From the NCBI RefSeq assembly GCF_018350175.1, contig NC_058368.1, forward strand, positions 138,634,001 through 138,698,000: a stretch of 64,000 bases of DNA, read 5' to 3'. Below the pieces are notes generated by a model that saw nothing but the letters and a program-made list of their open reading frames with translations, was not told where the DNA came from and made no database searches. The number at the start of each line of letters is the position of its first letter. Position 1 is the first letter of the stretch. Positions 1 through 10,566 of this stretch are shown here, one piece after another. Made by a program: the position numbers and the translations under genes. The DNA is from Felis catus. Its lineage: Eukaryota.

Positions 1-76
1 AGTCTGTGTCTCCCTCTCTCTCTGACCCTCCCCCACTTGCACTCTGTCTCTCTCTCAAAACTTAAAAAAAAAAAAG
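1..76 (+). mobile_element. Can-SINE 3' part (cut by window edge)
   Basis: tctgtgtctccctctctc(CT)n body followed by an A tail, matching the 3' half of the full copies in the window. Confidence 0.9.
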
Positions 77-116
77 TTTTAATGTGTCGCTGCTATAATT
101 ATGCCAGTAAAGTTAC

Positions 117-255
117 CTATTCATATAGCTCTGGTGAATAGGCTGACAAAAACCCAGACGCAGCCTGGCTGATGGTGGTGGTGGCATTGTGGATGGCCTG
201 TCTTGCCTTTCGCTCAGACTTCCGTTAAATGTTTGTGATGTTGGCGTCATGCGCT
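117..255 (-). other. Candidate spliced exon of an unidentified minus-strand transcript
   Basis: Minus strand: cttatttcccttttcctcttattttcaag|AGCGCATG ... ATGAATAG|gtaact; 139 nt; one open frame; product not recognised. Confidence 0.35.
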
Positions 256-3200
256 CTTGAAAATAAGAGGAAAAGGGAAATAAGCGATGAATATTGTCTT
301 GAAAAGCGGGGGAAGGGGTGGAAGAGAAAAACAGACAATGTGGTGTCAGAGCCAAGCCTATACCAACGTTTCCCAGAGTGCAGCCACATGAAGGGCCTTC
401 TGCAAAGAAGAATTCATTTGCCCCGCTCCTCAGCCCCATTAGAAAGAAGAAAAACGAACTGCATCTTGGAAGGGAGCACAGGTTTTCACAGGCTTCTTCT
501 CCAAAAGCAGAGACACTGAAGGCACTGGTTGGCAGTTACCAGGGTGAGGCTTTGCCTGGGTTTACCCCATTGAGCCTACACCATGCGAGCTTGTCCGGAA
601 GACAAATGTCCAGCAGGCACAAAGCAAGGCCCCGGTGCCTGGGTAGATGAATGTGCCCCAGCAGCTGCAGCAGGATGGCAGGAGAAGGTTTGTAAACAGT
701 TCCCAGAAAGCAGCGCTCGGCCTTCTCCCTGTCTGGGGCCCCTGCTCTGGGGTCACTTCCCCAGTGCTCTACCAGAAGACTTGGCCACTGGCCATCTGGC
801 TCCTGTGATGGCAAAGCCGGCCATGCCTGGGCCCCAGCCCACACTGTGCCTTGCTAAAAGAATTATCTCATAGGGACTCAGAATTGTACTCTTGGTCAAT
901 TAAAATGTACATTTCGACTGTGTTTGCGTTCATACACATGCAGAGTGCGTGGCCGGTCATTTCTGTGAATCTTGAGAATTGAATACATTTGTCGTATATT
1001 TAAAATTCAAGAGGTGCTTCACAGCGGGGAAACTCATCCCGGGGCAAGGTTTTCATTCTTTATCACCCTGGGGGTGAGAGTGGGACTCGGGAGGAAGTGA
1101 TTGTGCATTCAGAGGAGGAGGACAGTGTGTGGGAAGGGTCAGGGAAAGGGTCCCCCCCCCACCCCCCCGTGTGCTTCGGAGGATGAGACAAGCTTACAAA
1201 ATATCTCATCTTCCAGTCCCAGAAGGGAGGCGGCTGCGCTGCATATTTCCAGTTAAGGGAAACACATCAATGTTCAAGAAACAGCCTGGAACGATCAGGG
1301 TTATAACTCCTGGTTGCATCATACGGAAAGGAGGGAGCAGAAGGAGCCACGCAAAAGTAATTAGGCAATCGGTGACCGTGGCTCGGAACCCGGAGTCACG
1401 AGCGAGTCGCAGATAAACGCCACGTCAGTGTTTTCTGGGCCCCGCAGCATGGAACACAGCTTTGATACCTGAGAAGCCTTCAGACCTTGCCCTTCTGCAA
1501 GGATCAGCTCAAAGCTTGTAAAATACACCTGTGATTCCCGCACAGTTCTTGCGGCGTCTTGCAAGTTGCAACGGCCATTTGCATGCCTTCTTTTGAGGGA
1601 TTGGCCTCTTGGTGCTACAGGGGCTCTGCAGAGACAGTGAAAATAGTTTTACCAGTTGCTGCATCCCGGCCACTCAAGGGTGATATTAAGTCTGAGGGCA
1701 GCGAATGCTCCCTGGAGAAATGAATCTGAGAGATAAAAGTCTTTTTTAAGCCCTACAAGATTCTCCGCTTTCAAGCGTTTCGATGCTTTAGAAGCGTCTC
1801 CCTTGCCCTCCTGTCATGCCATTCATCTTTGTGCTTCAGCAGACAGATGGAATATGTGTCCTGCATGGGGATTTCCACTGGAAGTACGTCCTGCCTTTCC
1901 CAGAATGTACTGTCTCCCGTGCCCTTCGGTCAAATCGCCCCAAACCTTTGCATCTTGCAGCAGAGCATCATGGAGAAGAAAACTAGAAAAAAAACAGTAC
2001 CTTTTATTAATTTATCCTTTCTCACATGGAAACTGAGTCCTCCGCTTAGTGACGTCAACCCAAAGACCGAAGAAGCAGAAGATAGTCTCAGAGTGTGTTG
2101 GCATCCAGAATAGATTCCTACCACTTAGCTGAGACGCCTGCCCCTGTTTCCAAACACCCACCTCCCACCTACTTCTCCAAGGCCAGTGCTCCATCCTCCA
2201 CCGAGCTTTCCCTGATCTTCCAGTCCCATGGGTATGCGACGTGTCACAGTGTCCCGAGGAAGAGAACACTCTGAAGCCGGACGTCCCGTATTCACATCTC
2301 AACAATGCCGCTTGGCTTCTTTGCAACCCTGGGCTACTTACCCTCGGACTCTACTGGCTTATTATTGAGGATTCCCCCAAGGAGTAGTCAATTCATAAGA
2401 CTTCTTCCCTGTTCTGTAAGGGCCGAGATGCACCCTTGTTGCCCTAGAAAGCCCTCAGGTAGAAAGAAGCCGAATAGAGCAGAGGGTCTACATGCTTGAG
2501 GTGGGAACTGTCCACATGCCAGAACTGTCCGTCTCAGCTACACGGGAACTCAAAGGTGCGTGGAGGGAGTCTTCCCAGCATCTGCTGCAGAAAGTAGCGT
2601 TTTGTCTGCGGCTGTTGTGCCTCCCTCATAGATCATCCTCACTAGATTGCAGAATGAAAAAGCCAAAGGATACCAAGTTAGTAGGAAAGAAAGGGTTAAC
2701 AAAGAGGGAGGCAGTTAGATTCAGCTAACCAGAGAAAATACGGAGCGCTCATTTTTCACTTAATTGTAATATTGCTGGCATAAAGAAAAGGCAAGGAGAA
2801 AATGAACTGTGATCTGCAATCAAACTATGTTGAACACTGTTGCTTGAAATGTTATGATCTGGAACGTCTGGGACAACAAATCCAGAGAGTCGTGGTATAA
2901 AGATTTCACCTACAGATCTTCTTTTCTGTGCTTTGGATTTTCTACCCACACTCCAGCAGCGGATGCCCAACAGCTAGCCACCTCCATGATGCTCGGGCTC
3001 TGCAGAATATGACTCATGCAGCCAAACGGAAGGCACGAGTCTATTTACAATCGAGAAGAGGTTTGAGGTCTTTGAGGTTGAAAGACTCCGTGTAATTACT
3101 AATTGTCATCATAATACAAATATGTCTGGAGAGACAAGTCCAAGGGAAAAGTGAGTTTTCACCAAGGACCAAGCCCTCGCCTTCACTGATCAAACACACA

Positions 3201-3264
3201 TTTCAGATTTCCTGGCCTGGCATGTTCACACCCCAGCATGTGCAATCCATCTGGAGCACATGGT

Positions 3265-3395
3265 CAGTGGAGGCAGACTGGCTACAGAGCTGCTGGGGAA
3301 GGAGACCCGAATGCTAGGCATGCTGCCATCCACAGCTGTGTGGCCTTGGACAAGTTGCTGAAGTTCTCTGAACGTGTTTTCTCCACATTGTGAAG
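3265..3395 (+). mobile_element. MIR fragment
   Basis: agctgtgtggccttggacaagttgctgaagttctctgaac resembles the MIR core. Confidence 0.55.
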
Positions 3396-3566
3396 GCGCT
3401 CGAAAGAGTAAGAAAGGGAAGGGTCATGGTCCTGCTAAGGAGTTGAAACAAGAGAATTACACCCAATCCTAGTTGCCTAACTTGGGACGCCCACTTTGCT
3501 CACTGCCCTGACCCTTCCAACCCATCTTCAGATGCATGCACTATGCCAATAAAAGCAAACATTTGA

Positions 3567-3788
3567 GGGGCGCCTGGGTGGCGCAGTCGGTTAAGCGTCC
3601 GACTTCAGCCAGGTCACGATCTCGCGGTCCGTGAGTTCGAGCCCCGCGTCAGGCTCTGGGCTGATGGCTCAGAGCCTGGAGCCTGTTTCCGATTCTGTGT
3701 CTCCCTCTCTCTCTCTGCCCCTCCCCCGTTCATGCTCTGTCTCTCTCTGTCCCAAAAATAAATAATAAATAAACGTTGAAAAAAAAAA
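3567..3788 (+). mobile_element. Young feline Can-SINE, full length
   Basis: ggggcgcctgggtggcgcagtcgg head, cttcagccaggtcacg diagnostic, (CT)n, poly-A; perfect 16-bp TSD aaaagcaaacatttga (3551-3566 / 3789-3804). Confidence 0.97.
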
Positions 3789-4048
3789 AAAAGCAAACAT
3801 TTGAAAAAAGTCAGTGTATTCAGAGGGAATTCTCCTGAAGGTATCCCGCCTTAAGCGCCATATCAGATCTGAACAAATGGATAAGCTCCCTTTTTGTTCC
3901 TATTTCTCTCATCATCGCTGTCATCCACTGCCATAGCATGTTTATGGAACCCCTACAGCGTACAGAGCATTGTGCCAAGTGACCGGTGGGGTTGCAAGGG
4001 CTCACGCTCATGGCCCCCAAGAGAATTTTATCGAAAGAGAAAAATCTT

Positions 4049-4126
4049 GGGGCACCCGGGTGGCTCAGTCGGTTGGGCGAGATCAAGACCCGCCTTGGGC
4101 TCCACACTGAGCATGGAGCTTGCTTG

Positions 4127-4168
<42 letters not shown>

Positions 4169-4226
4169 CCTCCCCCACTTGCATACTCACGCTTGCTTTC
4201 TCTTTCAAAATAAATGAGATTTTTAA
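4049..4226 (+). mobile_element. Can-SINE with internal deletion in the tRNA-derived head
   Basis: Head jumps from ggttgggcga to gatcaagacccg; 15-bp TSD with 1 mismatch (4034-4048 / 4227-4241). Confidence 0.9.
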
Positions 4227-4479
4227 AAAGATAAAAATCTTACATATCAATTGAGGCATAACAACATGAGGCATCAGGTGCTAGGGACCAGATGAGTGGC
4301 CTGAATAGTGGGTGCAGTCAGAAGTTAGAGATGCCCTCCTTGTAATAAAGCACCGCCCTGTGCTTTAAACCCCATTTGCTCTGTATTCCTAGGATCCATA
4401 CCCCACCAACCACCCCTTATCTTTCCAGTATATACAACCGGTTCCTCTGACCGGCTGCTTCTCGCCAGATCTTTAAGAG

Positions 4480-4760
4480 GCTCAAGTATTTTCCATTTAG
4501 AAGAAAATCCTTACTGGCCCCTTCTTGCTCCTCAAGCCGCCACTGGTTTGCAGGCAAACATCTCAAAAGTGTCACCTCTGCACTCTCTCCATCCCTTTCC
4601 TTCTCACCCCTCGGCCCCTTCTAACCTCACTGTCACCCCGAGACAATTGCCATTAGGGGTACCCTGCTCTGAAACCCAGGGAACATTTTGCATTCCTGGT
4701 CCTTCTTGACTTCTCAGGTGCTGTTGACATCCTTGTCCACTCCTTCCTTTCCTTCTTAAA
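4480..4760 (+). mobile_element. L2 fragment
   Basis: cttcttgacttctcaggtgctgttgacatccttgtccactcc resembles the L2 ORF2 segment encoding LDLSAAFDTV. Confidence 0.6.
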
Positions 4761-4764
4761 TCAC

Positions 4765-5750
4765 CTTGTTAATTGGCATAGAATATAATGTAGACCCGTG
4801 CAAAAGCCATATAAGTTTGTAAATGTTTCTAAAGCGGATGCACCCTGATAAACCTCATTTGGATGAACATCACCAAGTACCCCAGAAGACCTCTGCCTCA
4901 GTGCCCCCTTCCAGTCACTACCCCTGCTGAGAAGTAACCACTAGTAGTGGATGCTGTGGGGGTGACACCCAGAACCCCCCCAGATATGAAGCATTCATTC
5001 CCCCCAGCTAGTGGGAGTGTTGGTGGCCAAATAACTCTCAGCTTAGTTTCCCTCTAAGACTTCCTCGGGCTGAAGGGAGGCTTACCCAAGTTCATGCACT
5101 CTCCTGAGGGCATCTTAGGTCCAGTGACTGCGGGGGTGGGGGGGCGGTGTGGGAGTGTGGAGACCTGACCCCTCAACCCAGTTCAACACTCTGATGAACA
5201 CAGCAGTTTGAGAGCTCCCCTTTAGGTTAGCTGAAGTTGGTACTTCATCACCCATCACCCTCTCCCTCTGCCCTATCTGCTTTCCTTCATTCCCTCCCAA
5301 GCGCTGACCCCACAGCACTCCCCACGAAGCTTCCTGCACACACATCTCGGGCCTCCTGGGCGATCCAAGCTGTGATACCACTAGCCTAACTCCTAACATC
5401 GTGGATCGTCCCATGCGATTTTGAGCTTCGTAATAAATGGAATCACGTACTCTTTTGTGTCTGTTTTTTTGTTCGCCGTTATGTGTATGGGGTTTATACA
5501 TGTTGATACATGTCATTGTATATAACAGTACTTGGCTCTTTTTTAATGTGGTACAGTATTCTTTCAATGTACTGTGGTATATTTACATTTTTTTACTACC
5601 GATGGCATTTGAGGTCTAGGTCTTGTCTAATTTTTGGTTCTTATGAATAATAATTCATGGCTGCAACGAACATTTGCAGGCATGACTTTTGGTGCACCTC
5701 TGTAAGCATTTCGCTTGGGTATATACCTAGAGGTGTAATTTCTGCTATTT
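4765..5750 (-). mobile_element. Old L1 (L1ME-like) 3' region, split by an LTR
   Basis: ccagtcactacc...gtaaccact, then ataaatggaatcacgtac and gggtatatacctagaggtgtaatt: antisense old-L1 3' sequence. Confidence 0.7.
4943..5377 (+). mobile_element. Solo ERVL LTR, LTR16A-like
   Basis: gtagtggatgctgtgg...gcattcattcccccagct...gggagtgttgg...ctccctctgccc matches the recalled LTR16A consensus; 5-bp TSD ccact (4938-4942 / 5378-5382). Confidence 0.85.
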
Positions 5751-6045
5751 AAAGTGATATTTACATTTGGTTCTAGTGGATATTGGGAAGGGGGGCACAA
5801 AGTATTTGTGCTATTTATTCCCTAGTTAGCAAATCAGCAGGGTTCCGTTTGAATTGGCCATCTAGACCTTCACAAAAAAAAAACACAAAACTCTGCCGAA
5901 TCTCTGCTCTAAGCCAAAGGAGGAGAAAAGCAGGAAACAAACAAAGAGTCCTAAGACAGAAAAGTACCTGATAGATCTTCAAAGACCAGTAAGAACGCCG
6001 GTAGTGGTGTAGTGGAGACTGAGTGGGAAAATATGGTTTCTAATA

Positions 6046-6365
6046 CAAACTGGCAAACTTTTTCCGAAAAGGGCCAGAGAGTAATTTTAGTCTTTGCAGG
6101 CCTGACGGTCTCCACTGCAACTACTCTATGCTGCCGTTGCAACTCAAAAGCAGCCACAGACCAAGAGTAAAAAATAAAAGTAGACAGGTGCCATTAAAAT
6201 TTTATTTTGGAACACTGAACTTTTGCTTTTATGTCATTTTCATGTTGTCCCAAAATATCGTTCCTTTGATATTTTTCCTTCCGTTAAAAATCATTAAAAA
6301 AAACATTCTTACCTCATGAGGTAAACAAAAACAGCTAGTGAGTGAATATGACCCAAGGGGCCATA
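6046..6365. mobile_element. hAT-Charlie MITE, MER58-like
   Basis: ggcaaactttttccgaaaagggccagagagtaattttagtctttgcaggcc...ctactctatgctgccgttg. Confidence 0.75.
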
Positions 6366-6416
6366 ATTGATACTTTTTGTAGGTTGTGGAGATTCAAATA
6401 AAAAATGTGAATTTCA

Positions 6417-6626
6417 GGAGCGCCTGGGTGGCTCAGTCGGTTAAACGTCTGACTTCGACTCAGGTCTCTCTGGGTTTGTGAGTTTCAGCCCCGCATGGGG
6501 CTCTGTGCTGACAGCTCAGAGCCTGGAGCCTCCTTCAGATTGTGTGTCTCCTCCTCTCTCTGCCCTTCCCATGCTCACACTCTGTCTCTCAATAATAAAT
6601 AAACGTTTAAAAAAAAATTTTTTTTT
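6417..6626 (+). mobile_element. Can-SINE
   Basis: ggagcgcctgggtggctcagtcgg head, CT tract, A/T tail; diverged TSD aatgtgaatttca / aatctgaacttca. Confidence 0.93.
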
Positions 6627-6659
6627 AATCTGAACTTCATTTGGTAAGCAACATATTTA

Positions 6660-6962
6660 GGATTTGGGGGGGGGGAGGGTATGATGCATACAAAGCAGTG
6701 TTTTAGGAAAACTGAGGTGGGAACAGCACTTAGGATGGACTGGAAAGGAAGAGATTGGAGGGAGGCAGCCGATCGGGAGGTGGCCTAGATGGATCTTGCA
6801 AGGACCAGTGAGAGTCTGTGACTTCATGGGTGTATGCAAGAAGATATTAGGATGAAGTAAGAAAATGATTTGATGATTGGTGAGAGAGAAAGAGAGAAAA
6901 ATTGTGTCTGACACCAGGGTTTTGATCATGGGAGAGGGGATCAATGAGGCTGATGATAAATT
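6660..6962 (-). mobile_element. L2 fragment
   Basis: Purine-rich antisense L2 pattern ggatggactggaaagga...ggaggcag; tgacaccagggtttt. Confidence 0.55.
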
Positions 6963-6964
6963 GG

Positions 6965-7206
6965 GAGACAGTAGGGCTCAGTATTTAGGGCATGGGCACT
7001 GAGCCAAAATGCTTGAGCCCCAACCTGGCTTCCCAACCCACTAAGTAGCTCTAACGTTTGTTCCCTTTTCTGTAAAAAGGGATTAATAATAATAGCACCT
7101 TCTTCATGAGGTGGTTAAGAGGAATCAATGAGTTAGTACATATAAAGTGCTCAGAACAGTGCCTAGCACATAGCATGCACTCACCAAGTGCTAGCTTTTG
7201 TTATTA
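6965..7206 (+). mobile_element. MIR
   Basis: ctgtaaaaagggattaataataatagcacc...aaagtgctcagaacagtgcctagcacatag. Confidence 0.85.
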
Positions 7207-7239
7207 ATCATATAGCCTCATTCAAAAATCACAAAATAA

Positions 7240-7440
7240 GGGTTGTCTGGGTGGCTCAGTCAGTTAAGCCTTGGACTCTTGGTTTCGGTCAGGTTATGAT
7301 CTCGCGGTTCATGGGTTCCAAATTCTGTGTTGGACTCCACAGAGTCTGCTTGGGATTCTCTCTCTTTCGCTCTCTCTGCCCCTCCCCTGCTGTGTTTCTC
7401 TCTTTCGCTATCTCTGAAAATCAATAAATAAACTTAAAAA
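7240..7440 (+). mobile_element. Can-SINE (older)
   Basis: Head, CT tract and tail; 16-bp TSD aaaaatcacaaaataa (7224-7239 / 7441-7456). Confidence 0.93.
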
Positions 7441-7470
7441 AAAAATCACAAAATAATAGCTTTAAAGATA

Positions 7471-7679
7471 CGGGCACCTGGGTGGCTCAGTTGGTTAAGT
7501 GTCCAACTCTTGAATTTCAAATAGGTCATGCCCCCAGAGCTGTGGGATCAAGCCCCCAGTTGGGTGCTCCTAGCTGGGCATGGAACCTGCTTGGGACTCT
7601 CTCTCTCTATCCCTCTCTGTCTCCCCCTCCCCCACTCGAGCATACTCTTGTCCGTGCTCTCTCTCTCAAGAAAAAAAAA
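7471..7679 (+). mobile_element. Can-SINE (older), host of a nested SINE
   Basis: gggcacctgggtggctcag head; TSD tttaaagata (7461-7470 / 7898-7907) brackets this and the next SINE. Confidence 0.9.
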
Positions 7680-7686
7680 TGTTTTA

Positions 7687-7888
7687 GGGGTGCCTGAGTG
7701 GCTCAATTGGTTAAGCATCTGACTCTTGGTTTTGGCTCAGGCCATGATCTCATAGTTTCGTGAGTTCGAGCCCTGAATTGGGCTCTGCATTGGCAGCTCA
7801 GAACTTGCTTGGGGTTCTCTCTCTCTGCCCTCCGCCACTCATGCTGTCCCTGTCTCTCTCAAATAAGTAAATAAATACTTAAATTTTT
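7687..7888 (+). mobile_element. Can-SINE nested in the tail of the previous SINE
   Basis: ggggtgcctgagtggctc head; TSD-like aaaaaatgtttta / aaaaaatatttta. Confidence 0.92.
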
Positions 7889-7904
7889 AAAAAATATTTT
7901 AAAG

Positions 7905-8105
7905 ATAGGAAGCAAGTTTGAGGGGAAAAGTGGTATTTGGATTTAGATGGGTGAGCTTCAGTTCACTTGCAGCAGCAGCAGACAGATCCATCACTGAGAA
8001 TGCAAGCTCATGAAGGCCAAGAAAAGGACTAAAGATGTGGGTGGGTGTTCATGAAGAGAGCAACTCGATTCCACCGGGGCAGAGGAGAATGCTGGGAGGT
8101 CAAAG
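7905..8105 (-). mobile_element. L2 fragment (probable continuation of 6660-6962)
   Basis: ggaagcaagtttgaggggaaa...tggatttagatgggtgagcttcag. Confidence 0.5.
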
Positions 8106-8119
8106 ATATAGATATATAA

Positions 8120-8345
8120 ACACGCATGATGGTCAGGACCTCAAGCTCTGCATAAATCTCTTCTCTAGCTATGAACCTGTGGGTGGGTTACTTAGGTCTC
8201 TGGCGCCTTAGTTTTCCCATCTGTAAAATGGGTATAACCATAATACTTACTACATGGTGGGGTTGTAAAGGTTAAGAAAGTAAATGCAAGGCCCACACAA
8301 ACCCTGCCACAAAATGAGTGTTGGCTAAGTGTTAGCCTTGATTAT
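8120..8345 (+). mobile_element. MIR
   Basis: gccttagttttcccatctgtaaaatgggtataaccataatacttactaca. Confidence 0.75.
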
Positions 8346-10189
8346 TCTGACTACATTTATGGGAACTAGCGGACAGAGAAGCACCAGGAAAGGAATGCCC
8401 AAAAAGCAGAAAAGAATTCGCCCCTTGAGATAGTCCTTACGAAACTTCTTTTATCTCTTAGTGCCCTGCACTGCGTGAGGATGAGGAAGAATGAGTCTCT
8501 GAGAAAAAGTTGATCAACCAACCCCTTTAAGATCAACAGGCAGAATCCCAAGCTCTCCGTTTGAATGCTGTTGACCTAAATCTGCAGGATGGCAATGTCT
8601 TTAGGAGCAGCCCGCGGTGCTTTTCAAGTGGCCCTGACTGGGCTGCCTAGAAAATCCTCTGACTTACATAAACCTCCTCCTTAGTGAGGCTTGCATAAAA
8701 CCCCCAAATTGCTCCTTTTCACTTGAGGGGGAGGGGCTGCTCCCTCATCATTTCTGAGAAAGTACCAGCTCCACCCCCCAGCTCTCACATTTAACTCTCC
8801 ATCGCATCAATCAGGATCTTACACTACAGAGTTGCTCATCGACTAATCCACGCTGAGTGAGGCTTATTTCTTTTTAAGCTTCTTAATTTGCTGCTTGGAA
8901 AATTACTTTGGGTGGAGGCAATTAGTGTTGCATATTTTTGAGGAGAAAATTGCAGCCTAGCCCACTCTGACTACGTGGGTCAGGGATTTATTTCCTCAGT
9001 ACTCCATTCCAGCCTTCTCTTTGCATTCTTCTTTGAGCCTCTATTTAAAACAATCTGGTCCCTTCACAATTCCAAGATGATATCCTGGTAGCATATTTCA
9101 CATTCACTGAAGCAACACTTGGCAAAGGAGAAGAGGTTGGGTATGAAGAATATAGGTGACAATCTTCCCAAATAAGATTGGCTACAGGAAGGTTTTCCTT
9201 GTCCTTGCTGGTGGGCGTATGGGCTTTCTGCATATGTGTATGTATGTATGTATGTGTTGGAGTGGGGTTGGTGGCAGGGGGGCGGGGTGCCTGGGCACAG
9301 ATTGACTTAGAAAACCTTCTTTTAAGATTTTCTTAGTAATCACAGCCTCTCTAATCTCCTCTTGGTCATTTCTGGAAGAGTCATGGTAGAAATCTCTACT
9401 AGGCCAGCCAAGTAAAAATCACTGTAGGGACACAGTCGGTCTTAATTTGGAAGCTACCTGGAAGCGACTGTAGAATTAGTAACTTCTCCCTCTCCACTTG
9501 TGGAGGTAAAACAGGACTAACCAGCAGCTGCCTCTGCCTCTGATCTCTGACCATCGCGGCTACAGACGCACCATGGCAATATTGTTGACTGTCTACTTAC
9601 ACACTGGCGAAACTGCCTGGCAGAATTACTGTTGTCGTCCCTGAATAGTTAGCAGTGCAGAGTGGAGTTGCCACCAGTGTGGTTCAGGAACCTTCTCTGA
9701 TGTTTTCAGACACAGATTCTGTAGTTCCTGGCTCTCCTGGTTCATAGGAGATAATTCTTCACCTGAGACATGTTCACCGCAGATGCTTGGTGGATTCTCT
9801 GATGGACCCTTTACCTTTGCAGGACGTGGGATGTGGTCTTTGGATGTCAAATCATCTTTCTTTCCCTTTCCCAGGTGGAACGCCCAGGGCCTACTAGAAT
9901 TGCAGAGGGAGTAAGCTAGGTCCGGAAGGCACAAGGGTAGCAGGTTTTGTGACAACTCGAGGTAGCCCACAGCAGGTCTGTCCTCCAATTGACCCTATAA
10001 TGTCATTTCAGTGAGGCATGTTCTCTCTTACTGCCCACGACTCTTTGCCCTTCTCCCAAGACTTGTTTCTGAGAGCTTGATTTTTGGTACCTGGCCCCTG
10101 GGAATGTGAAAAATTGTATGTCTTACCGCCCTTGCCCTGTCTTTTAGAACAGAAAGATAATCCAGACCAAAATTAGAGATTTCTTTTCT

Positions 10190-10424
10190 CTTCTTTTCTT
10201 TTTTTTAAATTAAAAAAAAAGTTGTTGTTGTTGTTTTTAATTTGAGAGAGAGAGAGCATAAGCGAGCAGGGTAGGGACAGAAAGAGAGGGAGAAAGAGAA
10301 TCCCAAGTAGGCTCCACACTCAGCATGGAGCCAGCCTCACGGGCTGATCCCACGACCCTGGGATCATGACCTGAGCCAAAATCAAGAGTCGGACACCCAA
10401 CTGACTGAGCCATCCCGGGGCCCG
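10190..10424 (-). mobile_element. Can-SINE (older)
   Basis: Antisense body ending ctgactgagccatcccggggccc; TSD gagatt(tc/ta)ttttct (10176-10189 / 10425-10438). Confidence 0.9.
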
Positions 10425-10457
10425 GAGATTTATTTTCTTAGGAGTACAGTATTTACT

Positions 10458-10566
10458 GTGGTACCTGGCTGGCTTAGTCGGTAAAGCACGTAACTCTTGA
10501 TCTCTGGGTCATGAGTTCGAGACCCGCGTTGGGTGTAAAGACTACTTAAAATTTAGAGAAAAAGAA
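10458..10566 (+). mobile_element. Short tRNA-Lys-derived SINE (SINEC_old-like), not a tRNA gene
   Basis: tggctggcttagtcggtaaagca...ctcttgatctc...gagttcgaga, no CT tract, A-rich tail; 14-bp TSD gagtacagtattta (10442-10455 / 10567-10580). Confidence 0.85.

Noticed and set aside
10458..10535. Apparent tRNA-Lys(CTT) gene
   Set aside because: Decayed stems, A-rich tail and TSD indicate a retroposed SINE
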